Position numbers and translations under genes: made by a program
IMG/VR virus record: IMGVR_UViG_3300005537_000001
Location: 124,001-188,000 of that record
DNA: 64,000 nt
Direction: 5' to 3' (one strand)
Shown here: positions 36,728 through 48,196 of the stretch, piece by piece
Numbering within the stretch: the first letter of the stretch is position 1
Layout of the letters: each line of letters opens with the position of its first letter
Notes under the pieces: generated by a model
What the model was told of the DNA's origin: nothing
The model's input: only the letters and a program-made list of their open reading frames with translations
Database searches by the model: none

Positions 36728-37282
36728 ATGCGAATATTTATAGATTCTGAGTTTTCCGATTTTATCAACACTGATCCGATTTCAATCGGACTTGTAGCTT
36801 CCAACGGTGCCGAGTTCTACGCTGAAAATCTTGACGCGGATAAGAGCTTAGCATCAGATTTCGTGCGGGCTAATATCTGGCCATTGCTCACCCCGAACAC
36901 GCACGGTATGAAGGAAACCGAGCTCTCTGCTCGACTTTGGTGCTGGTTAGATGAGCTACCGTGCAAGCACTTCATAGTGATGGTCGACTATCATACCGAC
37001 TGGCAGATCATGCACTACTTCTTGGATGGTCAAGCCCATCCCAAATTTCACTCCATTCAAAACGTGTTTCACGAGATGCTAGCTTGGTCAAACAAGCAAA
37101 TTATGAACGGCTCACCGCATGATTGGCAGCAGATGTATAACCGGCTGCAGAATAACTTCGCGTATGGTGTTCAAGAGTACTTCGCGCGCACGAAAGAAAT
37201 TCCACATCACGCGCTTTCGGATGCTAAGGCGAATAAAGAAGGATATGACCGGCTAGTCCGAGAATTTGGGATGCCGCCGTAA
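36728..37282 (+). CDS. DEDDh 3'-5' exonuclease
   Basis: FIDSEF..ISIGLV, HHALSDA. Confidence 0.8.
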   Translation: MRIFIDSEFSDFINTDPISIGLVASNGAEFYAENLDADKSLASDFVRANIWPLLTPNTHGMKETELSARLWCWLDELPCKHFIVMVDYHTDWQIMHYFLDGQAHPKFHSIQNVFHEMLAWSNKQIMNGSPHDWQQMYNRLQNNFAYGVQEYFARTKEIPHHALSDAKANKEGYDRLVREFGMPP

Positions 37283-37420
37283 GTTCACTTTCAAATTTTA
37301 ATTTATACTTCTGCCGCAAAATTGTGCTCTGCTAGTCCTTCCTTTTGATCTGATCGTACCGCGTTACGGTACATGAGCATAAATACAGCTGATACCGTTC
37401 AACAGATAGGAGAGATCTGA

Positions 37421-39379
37421 ATGAAATTGAGTTCAACCTTCACTTCATCTTTCGCAAGAAAGTTTGCATCCAACGCCGAGATGCCCATTCTGGATTATCT
37501 CGATCTCTGTAAAACCGATAAGATGGTGTATGCCAACGCGGCAGAACGAATTTTAGCTTCCATCGGTGAACCAACGGTAGTCGACACTTCAAGCGACCCT
37601 CGCCTATCACGCATTTTCAGCAACAAGAAAATACGTACCTACGAGGCGTTCAAGGAGTTTTACGGAGCTGAAGAAGCCATTGAGCGCATCGTCGCCTACT
37701 TTACGGCCTTCGCTCAGGGGCTAGAAGAATCAAAGCAGATCCTTTATCTCAAGGGACCGGTTGGTGGTGGTAAAAGTTCTTTGGTCGAGCGGCTTAAAGA
37801 ACTAATGCAGACATATCCGATTTATGTTTTGAAGGATCCTTCAGAGAAAAATGCGGAACTGCAGCTCTCTCCTCTGTTCGAAAGTCCGCTCGGCCTTTTT
37901 AACAAGCTTGAGCATGGTGAAGAGCTGGAAAAAGAGTATGGCATTTCTCCACGCTATCTCAACACGGTTTCTTCAGGCTGGGCGCAGCAGAAGCTCCAGG
38001 AATTCGGTGGTGATTGGACTAAATTCAGCGTTGTCAAGATTTATCCAAACAAGGATTCCCAGATTGGCATCATGAAGGTTGAGCCAGGCGACGAGAATAA
38101 TCAAGACGTTTCAGTTCTTATCGGCAAGACCGATATTCGCAAGCTGAAAACTTATCAGCAAAATCACTCATACAGCTACAGCTACTCCGGTGGTTTAAAC
38201 CGCACGACCCAGGGTTTCATGGATTTTGCCGAAATGTTCAAGGCGAACATTAAGACGCTAAATCCGCTCTTGATGGCGACGCAAGAACACAACTACAACG
38301 GTACCGAAAATATCCCAGCGATGCCGTACATCGGCATCATCTGCGCCCACTCAAACGAGGCAGAATGGTTCAAGTTCCGAAACGATAAGTCAAATGAGGC
38401 CTTCCTAGACCGCGTTTACATCGTCAACGTTCCATACTGTCTACGAGTTAGCGAGGAGCAGAAAATTTACGAGAAGATGCTCCGAGGTTCAAGCTTGAAG
38501 AATGAGGCGTGCGCCCCTGAAACCCTGAAGGCGCTGGCCGAGTTCATGGTCCTCACGCGCCTGCGTGAACCAGAAAACAGCACTATCTACGCCAAGATGA
38601 AGGTGTATGACGGTCAGAACGTGAAGGATACCATGCCGATGGCTAAGCCTTACGAGGAGTACCGCGAGGCTGGTGGTATCGATGAAGGTATGACCGGCTT
38701 GTCTACCCGCTTTGGCTTCAAGATTCTTTCAGCGACTTACAACCTACGTCCGGAAGAAATTCAGGCCAACCCAATCGACCTCATGTACGTTCTGGAACAA
38801 GCGCTAAAGCGCGAGCACCTGCCAAGCGAAGCTCAGGAACAGTACCTTGACTTCATCAAGTCGTGGGTGCAGCCGCGCTACTTCGAGTTTATCGACAAGG
38901 AACTTCGCATGGCGTACCTCGAGTCCTACAGCGAGTTTGGTCAGACGATGTTCGAGCGCTACTGCTTGTTTGCCGAATCATGGTGCGATGACGTTACCTG
39001 CCGCGACCCAGAAACTCACACGCTTTTGAACCGCGAGCACCTCAACACTAAGCTTGAAGAAGTAGAAAAGGCAGCTGGCATTCCAAACGCGAAGGATTTT
39101 CGCAACGACATCGTGCACTACGTTCTTCGCTACCGCTCGCGCAATGAAGGCAAGATGCCAAAATGGAATGAGTACGAAAAGATCAAGGTCGTCATCGAGA
39201 AGAAGATGTTCTCAGCTACTACCGAAATCATGCCAATCGTTTCATTCACACCAAAAGGTTCAGCTGAAGAGCAGAAGAAGCATAACGACTTTGTCGCTCG
39301 CATGAGAAGCAAAGGATATACTGACAGACAGATTCGCACGCTAGTAGATTGGTGGTGTAACAACCGGAAAGCCTCGTAG
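37421..39379 (+). CDS. yeaG: PrkA/YeaG AAA+ serine kinase family protein
   Basis: QILYLKGPVGGGKSS, EPGDENNQD, EMFKA, HSNE.EW, NEAFLDR. Confidence 0.95.
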   Translation: MKLSSTFTSSFARKFASNAEMPILDYLDLCKTDKMVYANAAERILASIGEPTVVDTSSDPRLSRIFSNKKIRTYEAFKEFYGAEEAIERIVAYFTAFAQGLEESKQILYLKGPVGGGKSSLVERLKELMQTYPIYVLKDPSEKNAELQLSPLFESPLGLFNKLEHGEELEKEYGISPRYLNTVSSGWAQQKLQEFGGDWTKFSVVKIYPNKDSQIGIMKVEPGDENNQDVSVLIGKTDIRKLKTYQQNHSYSYSYSGGLNRTTQGFMDFAEMFKANIKTLNPLLMATQEHNYNGTENIPAMPYIGIICAHSNEAEWFKFRNDKSNEAFLDRVYIVNVPYCLRVSEEQKIYEKMLRGSSLKNEACAPETLKALAEFMVLTRLREPENSTIYAKMKVYDGQNVKDTMPMAKPYEEYREAGGIDEGMTGLSTRFGFKILSATYNLRPEEIQANPIDLMYVLEQALKREHLPSEAQEQYLDFIKSWVQPRYFEFIDKELRMAYLESYSEFGQTMFERYCLFAESWCDDVTCRDPETHTLLNREHLNTKLEEVEKAAGIPNAKDFRNDIVHYVLRYRSRNEGKMPKWNEYEKIKVVIEKKMFSATTEIMPIVSFTPKGSAEEQKKHNDFVARMRSKGYTDRQIRTLVDWWCNNRKAS

Positions 39380-39392
39380 CCCAGGTTGACAG

Positions 39393-39947
39393 ATGTTAGG
39401 GCAATATTACTGCTACATATTTCGTGATCCCAAAACCGAGATTCCTAGATACGTTGGCAAGGGAGTGAATGATAGAGTTTGGACTCACATAGATTATCCA
39501 TCTAACACTCGCACTGATAGGATGCTAGTGAAGAGACATAGGGAAGGATACTCTTGTGTACCCGAAATTATCTACTGCAAGAATGAGGAACAGGCTTTCA
39601 GTTTAGAGATGTGGTTCATTTGGAAATATGGGCGTGAAGATCAAGGTCGAGGTACACTTTTCAATCTCACAGATGGTGGAGAAGGTTTGACAGGTATCTC
39701 AGAAGAAACTCGCCAGAAGATGTCAATAGCTAAAACTAGATATCTCACTGGTAGAAAACACGATGAAGCAAGACGCAAGAGACAAGGGCAGAGGATGAAG
39801 GGTATTCCGAATGTCGCAGCGAGCAAGAAGCTTCAAAAGCGTTGCACTGTAGATGGTGAGAATATCTATCCATCTGTTAGAGATTTAGTGGCAGCACTAG
39901 GTCATGGTAAAAATGGAGCACGATCTCCAAGTTTGAGGTTCATATGA
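39393..39947 (+). mobile_element. GIY-YIG homing endonuclease with NUMOD3-like motif
   Basis: YCYIFRDP..RYVGKG..R..H; NLTDGGEG..SEETRQKMS. Confidence 0.85.
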
Positions 39948-40104
39948 ATAATGAAGTAACTAAAACAGCGATTGCGGGTCTGGCCGCATCCATCAACCGC
40001 GTAGCGGAACAACTAGCCGTACAAAATAATCAGCAGGTTTTGCAGAACAATCTTCTAAGACGAATCGCTGACGCTCTTGATCAACAGAATTCAACGGTGC
40101 GCTG

Positions 40105-40428
40105 ATGGGCTACTCACATGAAGAATTAAGTGAAATTTGGTGGGCCTCTACAAAGCCCGCGCTGGCGCCATATGCGGATCATTACAAATTTGGAATCGAT
40201 GCGTGCGGGGCTTTGATAGAATGGGCAGCATATGGTAAGGCTGATTCAGATAATCCCGGCAACACAGCATGGGAAGTAGCGCACAAGATCGCCATTGCAG
40301 AGGGTGGAACAGACAATAAAAACAATCTTATAGCCCTTCAGTGGACGAATAATCGCAGACAGGGCACTCGCCCACTTCGAGTTTTCCTTGAAGCCGTGAG
40401 CGAGCATATGACTTGGAAACGCAAGTAG
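40105..40428 (+). CDS. HNH-like endonuclease
   Basis: WEVAH...GGTDNKNNLIALQWTNNR. Confidence 0.7.
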   Translation: MGYSHEELSEIWWASTKPALAPYADHYKFGIDACGALIEWAAYGKADSDNPGNTAWEVAHKIAIAEGGTDNKNNLIALQWTNNRRQGTRPLRVFLEAVSEHMTWKRK

Positions 40429-40686
40429 TGCGAATCAATATAAACCAACTTAACACAAACCCACAGGAAATTGAACCAAACGATTTGACAATTTCCGAAA
40501 CAGGGCCGTGGAGCGTGAGCGTTGGAAAGTCTGAGGCAGGTACCTTGAAGGTATGCCTTCAGTCGGATGATTTTCACCACGACGTCGCTTTGTACATCAC
40601 TGGAGATTTCTGCGATAATGACCAGCGAATCGAATATGCTCGACTTCTTGCCGATCGAATGAATCGTATGCCGAAGGAGTAAAGAC

Positions 40687-42105
40687 ATGTCTTTCATCCT
40701 CATCGATAGAAGAAAGGCGGGTAGGGGAAAATCATCTTCAAACCGTCAAAAGCTCATTAAGCGAATAAAGGGCTTCATCAAGGCATCTTCCCCGCAAAAT
40801 ATTGGCAAATTCGGGGTTTCTGGTCAGAACAACCCAGCCCCTGGGGCTGGTGGATCCAGCCCTGTTAAGGTTGCCGGCGCGGCTCTTGAGGAACCGCACT
40901 TTCACTATTCTAGGGATGGCAATCATACAGCAATTATCATTGGCAATCAAGAGTATGATCGCGGTGATGAAATAGAAATACCATCCGATGAAGGTAGCTC
41001 AAGTCGGGGTGGTCCCGGAGATGCCGGTGAAGACGATTTCATAGTCTCTGTCGCGCGCGACGAATTTTTGGATCTTTTCTTTGAGGATTGCGAGCTACCG
41101 AATCTAGTCAATGAGAAGTGGACTGAGAGGCTTGATAATAAAACCCAACAAGCTGGGTTTTCTACTATTGGTTCTCCGGCTCAGCTAAGCGTAATCCGCA
41201 CCTACAAGCAAGCTCTCGGACGCTCAAGCGCGATGGCAGCTTTGGTGGAGGATGAAAAGGAAGAGCTGCTAGAAGAGCTTGCGGCAATATTTGAAAATTT
41301 AACCGGCGCTAAGCATGGCACTCCTGAAGAACTACTCCGGGTGCTCAACATCCACATGACGATTAACCTAATGCAGGATGAAGTCGGTAAACGAATAGCT
41401 TCGATCCTATCCCGTCTCAAGGAGCTAGATGACGAGATTGATTTCCTGGATGGGTTCGATTCTTCCGATCTTCGCTACCGCAAGAAGGAAGCTAAACCTC
41501 TCAAGACGGTAGACGCCGTTCTCTTCATGCTCATGGACATTTCCGGCTCCATGGATGAAACAAAGAAGACGATAGCCCGTCGTTGGTTCGCGCTGTTCTA
41601 CGCGTTCATTCGCCGGCGCTATCCAAACACCGAGCTTGTGTTCATCGCTCACACCGATGAAGCGTTTGAAATGTCCGAAAATGATTTCTTCTCCACGCGG
41701 GTCAACGGTGGAACTACCGTATCTCCAGCGCTGAAGATGATTAATACCATAATCAAAGAGCGCTACGATCCGAATGAAGTCAACATCTACATATCCCACG
41801 CGTCAGATGGTGATAATTGGGATGAGGACAACAGCGTCGTCATCGATGAAATGATCGGTGAGGGCAACCTCATGAAGAAGATCCAACTGTTCAGCTACGT
41901 TGAAGTTGGTAAACCGATGGGAACCGGCTGGTTTAACGTTGGAGCTGGAATATCAGGAACTACTACGAGAGAAGATACCGGGTTGTGGGTAGCCTACGAT
42001 AAGGTTCGCGATGGGGTAGTTGATAAGAAGATGACCCTGTCGATAATCGAATCGGCGGATGAATGCTACCCAGTGTTTCAGAAAATTTTCAAGAAGAAAA
42101 AATAA
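40687..42105 (+). CDS. yeaH: YeaH/YhbH (vWA) protein
   Basis: LIDRR..KSSSNRQK, DLRYR, LMDISGSM, GGT.VS, HASDGDNW. Confidence 0.92.
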   Translation: MSFILIDRRKAGRGKSSSNRQKLIKRIKGFIKASSPQNIGKFGVSGQNNPAPGAGGSSPVKVAGAALEEPHFHYSRDGNHTAIIIGNQEYDRGDEIEIPSDEGSSSRGGPGDAGEDDFIVSVARDEFLDLFFEDCELPNLVNEKWTERLDNKTQQAGFSTIGSPAQLSVIRTYKQALGRSSAMAALVEDEKEELLEELAAIFENLTGAKHGTPEELLRVLNIHMTINLMQDEVGKRIASILSRLKELDDEIDFLDGFDSSDLRYRKKEAKPLKTVDAVLFMLMDISGSMDETKKTIARRWFALFYAFIRRRYPNTELVFIAHTDEAFEMSENDFFSTRVNGGTTVSPALKMINTIIKERYDPNEVNIYISHASDGDNWDEDNSVVIDEMIGEGNLMKKIQLFSYVEVGKPMGTGWFNVGAGISGTTTREDTGLWVAYDKVRDGVVDKKMTLSIIESADECYPVFQKIFKKKK

Positions 42106-43613
42106 TGACGCAACCACTTATTACCTCGCGCACCGATTGGAACGAAGGACTAATCAATAACATCACCAAGATTATTGAGGAAGTAGCTCATGAGGAGCTT
42201 GACATCGATCCAAGCAAGGATATATACCCCAACCAGATCGAAATAATTCCAGCTGAAATGATGATCGACGCGTACGCGTCTGTTGGTATGCCGGTAAACT
42301 ACAGTCACTGGTCATTCGGCAAAGAGTTTCTCAAGAATTGGACAAAGTACCAGAAGGGTCGAATGGGACTCGCGTATGAAATCGTCATCAATTCTAACCC
42401 GTGCATCTCATATCTCATGGAGGAAAACCCAGCCATAACGCAGGCGCTGGTTATAGCGCACGCCGCGATTGGCCACAATTTCGTCTTCAAGAATAACTTC
42501 ATGTTCAGGGAATGGACAACTCCAAGCTCCATCATTGATTACATGATCTTCGCCAAGAACTACATCAAGGAGTGCGAGGAAAAATATGGTGAGGACGAGG
42601 TTGAGCAGCTGCTCGATGCCGCTCACGCCTTATCGACGCACGCTGTTGATAAGCAAAAGCGAAAGCACAAGAAGAAAAAGACAGAAGAGGACAAGCTGAA
42701 GGAAGAAGCCAAGAAGGCCGATGATAAGCACAAGGACATGGACATCATCATCCAAACCACGTCGGTTGTAGCCCCTGAAAAGGAAAAGACCGATCAAGAC
42801 TTGGACCGGGTTAACGACGAGGAAAATATTCTCTACTTCATCTACAAGCACGCCCCAAACATGCCCCAGTGGAAGAAGGAAATCCTGCGCATCGTGTACA
42901 AGATTCAGCAGTACTTCTACCCGCAGGGACAAGACAAGACGCTAAATGAAGGCATGGCGACCTTCACCCACTTCCACATCATGGACACTCTGGAGCAGCG
43001 CGGAATAATTTCACCGGATGCTCAGCTTGCTTGGCTGCACCTTCACTCCAACGTAGTGTATCAACCAAATATGCGCTCGAAGCACTATGACGGTAGCTTC
43101 AACCCGTACGCCTTAGGCTTGGATATACTTCGAGAGATAAAGAGAATTTGTGAGTATCCAACTAAGGAGGATCAAGAATGGTTTCCTCACCTAGCTGGAG
43201 AGGATTGGAGAAAGCAAATCAAGCTCGCGGTTACTGACTATCGAGATGAAAGCTTCATCGAACAATTCTTGACGCCTAATCTTATGCGAAAGTACAACAT
43301 GATGAGCGTCAATTATACGGGATCCAAGGGAATCGTTACCGAAATTTCTGACGATATCGGCTATCGCAACATGCGCCGCTCCCTTGCCGCGCAGTACAAT
43401 CCGATCAATTTTATTCCAGACATCGTGGTTAGCGGTGCGCGGATGAGAGCGGATAGAATGCTGACTCTCGAATATAGACCGTATCTTGGCAGATCACTGC
43501 ATGAAGCTACTGCTAAGAAAACGCTGGCACACGTTAAGGCGCTATGGGGATATGACGTTGAAATAGTAGAAAATGCCGGTGACGACGTCTACAGAGTTCT
43601 CTACAGAACTTAA
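42105..43613 (+). CDS. ycgB: SpoVR/YcgB family protein
   Basis: YPNQIE, GMP..Y.HWSFGK, GLAYEIVINS.PC, YFYPQ...NEG.ATF, NPYALG. Confidence 0.93.
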   Translation: MTQPLITSRTDWNEGLINNITKIIEEVAHEELDIDPSKDIYPNQIEIIPAEMMIDAYASVGMPVNYSHWSFGKEFLKNWTKYQKGRMGLAYEIVINSNPCISYLMEENPAITQALVIAHAAIGHNFVFKNNFMFREWTTPSSIIDYMIFAKNYIKECEEKYGEDEVEQLLDAAHALSTHAVDKQKRKHKKKKTEEDKLKEEAKKADDKHKDMDIIIQTTSVVAPEKEKTDQDLDRVNDEENILYFIYKHAPNMPQWKKEILRIVYKIQQYFYPQGQDKTLNEGMATFTHFHIMDTLEQRGIISPDAQLAWLHLHSNVVYQPNMRSKHYDGSFNPYALGLDILREIKRICEYPTKEDQEWFPHLAGEDWRKQIKLAVTDYRDESFIEQFLTPNLMRKYNMMSVNYTGSKGIVTEISDDIGYRNMRRSLAAQYNPINFIPDIVVSGARMRADRMLTLEYRPYLGRSLHEATAKKTLAHVKALWGYDVEIVENAGDDVYRVLYRT

Positions 43614-46600
43614 ACTACCTCTGTAATCTTCAGATAGCTGCCAATCAGCACCAAAAATCCATTTGTGTTTGATGAATTTTCAGCGAACGAAAGGGCAAAT
43701 GTCCCGCCCGTCGTTACGCGCGCGATACCGGTAGCGCGAATGACGTTGTCAGCACCTTGTCCGGTGGTTGAAATAGTTGTATATGTTACCGACGCACCAG
43801 TTACCGACGTTTGAAGGGCTGCTAACTGCTGCGTTTGAACGGTTCCATTTACTATTCCATCTACCAGCGCCGAGCCGTAGATAAATGCACCACCGCCGGT
43901 AAGGCTTGCATTAAACTTTAAGCCACCTGCCGCTCCGCCCGCGTCAGCGGCCTGTACAAAAAGCAATATTTCGTATTGAAATGATCCAACTCCAATCGAT
44001 GCCGTGAGGTGAGTGCTGGAAGTTAGAGTTGTTGAATTATACGTTTCATTTGCAGACACGCCCTTAATTATCGGGAGGCCCGCAACAGTAACGGTAGTCC
44101 ACTGTGGAGGTGCACCGGATCCCTGTGAGGTTAGAACTTGACCGGATGTTCCAAGCGGCGTAGTAGAAGCTGGTAAGCTCCAATCTCCAGCTGGTCCGAT
44201 TGTCAAGCGCGTTGTTGAGGCGGTAGTTCCCGTTTGGAGTATCAGCGATCCAGCTGTTCCAGTTGGAGACGTACCTGTTTGAATAGTTACGCTACCTCCC
44301 GCACCAGATGTTACGCCGTTGCCGCCCATCACCGTGACGGCGCCGCCGGCATTTCCTGAACCGACGGCATTGTTTCCAGCTACCGTTGCCGTACCACCAG
44401 CACCGTTGGTTGGAAAGCCACCGATCAATCGCGCGTTACCGCCGGGTCCCGACGTCGTGCCACCAGACCCACCAAGCACCGTAGTTTGGCCACCAGTTGC
44501 AGTTGATCCACCTGTACCACCCTGAACAACTACAGAACCTCCAGTATTCGCGCCCGTTCCGCTGCTACCGATAAATGATGTAGTAACACCGGTAGTTGTT
44601 CCAGTTACTGCCTGAAGCGTAAGTCCGGTTGCAGCTGTGCCAACGTTGAGAGTTGTACCAATACTTGTTGTTCCAGAAACGGTAAGAGATGCTAACGTTC
44701 CTACCGAGGTAAGCGATGATGTAACAACGTTAGCCGCAAGCGTTGTTCCAGTGAGCGTACCGGCAGCGGCGGCGGGTGCGCCGGCCCATGTTGGAGGACC
44801 ACCAGCAGTTACGGTGGTCAACACCTGTCCAGCTGTTGCTGCTACCGCTCCAGCTCCCATGAGCCACTGTCCTGAACCATCTATCTGAAGGCGTTGAACA
44901 AGCGCGGAACCAATAGGGGCAGTCTTGAAGATGAGAGTACCGGGGGTACCTGATGGTGATGGTGAGGTGCCACCTTGAATAGTTACGCTACCTCCCGTAC
45001 CAGCGGTGGAACCATTTCCATTACCGGCAGAAATTGATATGTTTCCCGCCGTAAGTCCGCTACCAGCAGTTAAGCTTACTGAACCACCACTACCTATGTT
45101 GTTGCCACCGTTATTGCCTCCGGATCCAGCCGTTAGCGTTATACTACCACCGTCACTTTCTGTAGTTCCACCAACCGTATTACCACTACCGGCATTAACT
45201 ATGAAGCTAGAACCAACACCACCGGATCCACCAGCACCTTTGCCACCGTTAAACGTAAAATTAGCATTTGAAGTGGGTGTTGTAATTTGATTTGAAGCAT
45301 TAGGAATGGTAAATGTTATTGATCCTGCTGCCGCGTTAGCTGCGGTGTTTCCAGTATTGGGCGTACCTGATGTAAATTGCAGAGCGCCGCCGCCAACCTG
45401 CGTGCTGTTAGCTCCCAAAATGGTTATAGTTGGTGGTGTCGTGGTTACGGATGATGGCGCGGTAATGGTTGGAGAGACTGCTGTCGTTCCAAACGTCAGC
45501 GTTGCTGTACCAGCCGTCCAAACCAATCCGGTATCTGACGTAAACGCGCCGCCCGTGTTGTACTGAATTGCTCCAGTACCACCAGTCGTGCTAGCTGAGG
45601 TGCCGTTGGTCCAAGTTGGAGGATTGCCCGAGCCCTGAGATGTTAAAACTTGATTTGTTGACCCAGCTGACCCAGCAAGCAACCATGACCCATTTCGATC
45701 GATCGTTAGGCGTGAAACTGATGATGTTGTTCCTGTTTGGAGATCTATGATTCCTTGATTGGCACTTCCGGTACCAGTTGGAACCAAACCACCCTTTAGG
45801 ACTATATTTCCAGGTAGCCCGGTTGCTGGAGCTGCGCCACCGGTAAGAATTACGTTTCCGGCCGCGCTCGCAGTCGCGGTTGTGCTACCACCAGTTAGAG
45901 TTACCGCTCCACCAGCCGCACCGGTACCTGTTGAAACACCGCCGGTAATAGATACTTGACCGGCTATCGCTGAATTGGTAGCAGCACCGCCGGCTATCGT
46001 GACTGCTCCAGACGTGCCGGCACCGGTAGCGGTACCCGCGGTTATGCTTATCGCGCCACCAGCTCCAGATGTCGCGTTGCTACCAACTATTGCAAGCGTT
46101 GTTCCACTGGTTGTACCGGCATTCGCTGAAATAGTTGGTCCAAGAGTTCCGGTACCCATCGCGTGAGTTTGGGTTGTATCATTCCACGTGAAGTCGCTGG
46201 TACCAGTCAACACGCCGCCAGCGCTTCCATATCCAATCTGCGTAGCAGTTAGAGGCGTAGTTGTTACGGTATTTGCGATAGTTACCGTACCATTGTTGGA
46301 CTGGGTTATGGAGATACCAGTTCCAGCTACAAGAACCGGATCAACGGTGTAGTACTGATTGGTTGCAATAATGTCTACGGTTATCCATGAATTTGCCGGC
46401 ACGCTGGTAGGCGCACCGGTTGCTGAGCCATCGATCGCGCCACCATTTGCCGGATAAACGTTTATCGCAGTTCCAGTTCTGTTGATGACGGTTATCTCAC
46501 GCCCAATGTTTGCGACTGACGTAGTTGGAAGAGAGACTCCTCCGCTGCCGGTAGTAACAACGTTTGTATCCGCGGTAAGAACGGTTGCCGTTGCTAAAGT

Positions 46601-48169
46601 TGTTCCGGCGGCCGCTACCGTAGGTAGCGTGTTAAAGCTTAAACCACCTCCCATCGTTAGCGACGTTAGGGTACTTACCGACGTTAGCGAGGATGCGGTT
46701 ACTCCTGAGTTAAGGGTGCTACCAGTTAAGTTGGCGGCGGGTACCGATCCAGCTGAACCTCCAATGCTCAGCGCGGCGGCGGTGCCGCTAAAATTAGTAC
46801 CGGTTAGCGTTGGAGTTGTTGTCCAAGTTGGCGTACCAGCTATTTCTTGCAGCACACCGGTGCCCTGCGCTAGAAACGTTGTAGTTCCAGCTCCACTTTG
46901 AAATGGAATGCTGTTAGCAGCCCCACCAGCGATGTTGGTAGCGGTTGTAGCGGTAGAAGCCGACGCAACAGTTCCGGTGACGCTTACCGTTACGGCACCA
47001 GCCGCACCAGACACGGAGATGTTGGTACCAGCGGTTATCGACGTAACGCCGGTATTGTTTATCGTATTTCCGGTTATGGAGATACCCGTTCCGGCTACGA
47101 ACGTACCCGACCCGCTAAACTGGACGTAGGTAATGCTGGTTGTACCAACCGTGATGGTCGTGGTATTGTTGTTTACCCAACCGGTTGTTGACTGCGTTGT
47201 TCCACCGTTGACGTATACAGCTTCACCTTCTATCTGCGTCCCCGTTGTAGAATCAGTAGATCTCGTCCACGCGCCGGAAGACGATATGTAGATGCCATTC
47301 TGCGTTTGATTGGTTTGGTTCTTAACTAGAACGCGCGACGATGATGTTGTAACTCCATCGATAGTCTGCTCACCTGATAGCGTGATGTTGACGATGGTCG
47401 CGCAGACGACTTCCTGCTTCCAGGAAAATCCAGCTATCACCGCGTCAACGTAATTCTTGGTGGCGGCACCCAAGCCAGTCGTTGGATCTGCCGCGAGAAT
47501 AAGTGGGCCGGTAAGAGTTCCACCGGTGAGAGGTAGGTTTCCAGATGCTGTTCCGGTAAGCGCTCCAACAAACGTCGTGGACGTAACCGAGGTAAGTCCA
47601 GCTATGGTGGTTGCTGTAGTTCCAAGTGAGATGGTGGTCGAACCTACCGTAACGCTGCTGTTTGACAGCGCGCCGTTGGGAATGCTCGTAAAGTTAGTGC
47701 CGGCAAACGTTGGTGCTGCACCAGAATTTATGTCTTGCGGTAGCGATAGAGTTACGGCACCGGTTGAAGCTGACGCGATGATTTGATTTGCGGTACCGGT
47801 TATGCTGGTTACCGAGCCACCAGCACCAGCCGCTGCCCATGCAGGCAGTCCGCCAACCATAGTTAGCACAAAACCGTTAGTTCCAGCCGCTATAAATCCG
47901 GTAGTGCTTACGCCAGTTTGAAATGGAATGCTTCCCGCCGCTCCACCAGCGATTGACGTTGAAATTATTGATGGATCGCTATCTTGAACTGATCTATTCC
48001 AGGTGCTCGTCGATGTTGCAAAAACGTACAATCCCGACTGAAATGAACCGCCAGGAATTATGTAGAAAAGTTGACCATCGTCCGGTGATTGTGGGAAGGT
48101 AAGCCCGGTGTCAACGACACAATTTCTAATGTTAGAACCTTCAAATAATGAAATACCATCAATGTGCAT
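43610..48169 (-). CDS. Long Gly/Thr-rich tail fibre-like protein (1519 aa)
   Basis: AATKNYVD, RVLVKNQT..QNGIY, repeated GQVLTSQGSG.PP.W and GG.V.I.GG repeats. Confidence 0.85.
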   Translation of the reverse strand: MHIDGISLFEGSNIRNCVVDTGLTFPQSPDDGQLFYIIPGGSFQSGLYVFATSTSTWNRSVQDSDPSIISTSIAGGAAGSIPFQTGVSTTGFIAAGTNGFVLTMVGGLPAWAAAGAGGSVTSITGTANQIIASASTGAVTLSLPQDINSGAAPTFAGTNFTSIPNGALSNSSVTVGSTTISLGTTATTIAGLTSVTSTTFVGALTGTASGNLPLTGGTLTGPLILAADPTTGLGAATKNYVDAVIAGFSWKQEVVCATIVNITLSGEQTIDGVTTSSSRVLVKNQTNQTQNGIYISSSGAWTRSTDSTTGTQIEGEAVYVNGGTTQSTTGWVNNNTTTITVGTTSITYVQFSGSGTFVAGTGISITGNTINNTGVTSITAGTNISVSGAAGAVTVSVTGTVASASTATTATNIAGGAANSIPFQSGAGTTTFLAQGTGVLQEIAGTPTWTTTPTLTGTNFSGTAAALSIGGSAGSVPAANLTGSTLNSGVTASSLTSVSTLTSLTMGGGLSFNTLPTVAAAGTTLATATVLTADTNVVTTGSGGVSLPTTSVANIGREITVINRTGTAINVYPANGGAIDGSATGAPTSVPANSWITVDIIATNQYYTVDPVLVAGTGISITQSNNGTVTIANTVTTTPLTATQIGYGSAGGVLTGTSDFTWNDTTQTHAMGTGTLGPTISANAGTTSGTTLAIVGSNATSGAGGAISITAGTATGAGTSGAVTIAGGAATNSAIAGQVSITGGVSTGTGAAGGAVTLTGGSTTATASAAGNVILTGGAAPATGLPGNIVLKGGLVPTGTGSANQGIIDLQTGTTSSVSRLTIDRNGSWLLAGSAGSTNQVLTSQGSGNPPTWTNGTSASTTGGTGAIQYNTGGAFTSDTGLVWTAGTATLTFGTTAVSPTITAPSSVTTTPPTITILGANSTQVGGGALQFTSGTPNTGNTAANAAAGSITFTIPNASNQITTPTSNANFTFNGGKGAGGSGGVGSSFIVNAGSGNTVGGTTESDGGSITLTAGSGGNNGGNNIGSGGSVSLTAGSGLTAGNISISAGNGNGSTAGTGGSVTIQGGTSPSPSGTPGTLIFKTAPIGSALVQRLQIDGSGQWLMGAGAVAATAGQVLTTVTAGGPPTWAGAPAAAAGTLTGTTLAANVVTSSLTSVGTLASLTVSGTTSIGTTLNVGTAATGLTLQAVTGTTTGVTTSFIGSSGTGANTGGSVVVQGGTGGSTATGGQTTVLGGSGGTTSGPGGNARLIGGFPTNGAGGTATVAGNNAVGSGNAGGAVTVMGGNGVTSGAGGSVTIQTGTSPTGTAGSLILQTGTTASTTRLTIGPAGDWSLPASTTPLGTSGQVLTSQGSGAPPQWTTVTVAGLPIIKGVSANETYNSTTLTSSTHLTASIGVGSFQYEILLFVQAADAGGAAGGLKFNASLTGGGAFIYGSALVDGIVNGTVQTQQLAALQTSVTGASVTYTTISTTGQGADNVIRATGIARVTTGGTFALSFAENSSNTNGFLVLIGSYLKITEVV

Positions 48170-48196
48170 TAGAAATCTCCGACATGTTTAGCATAT

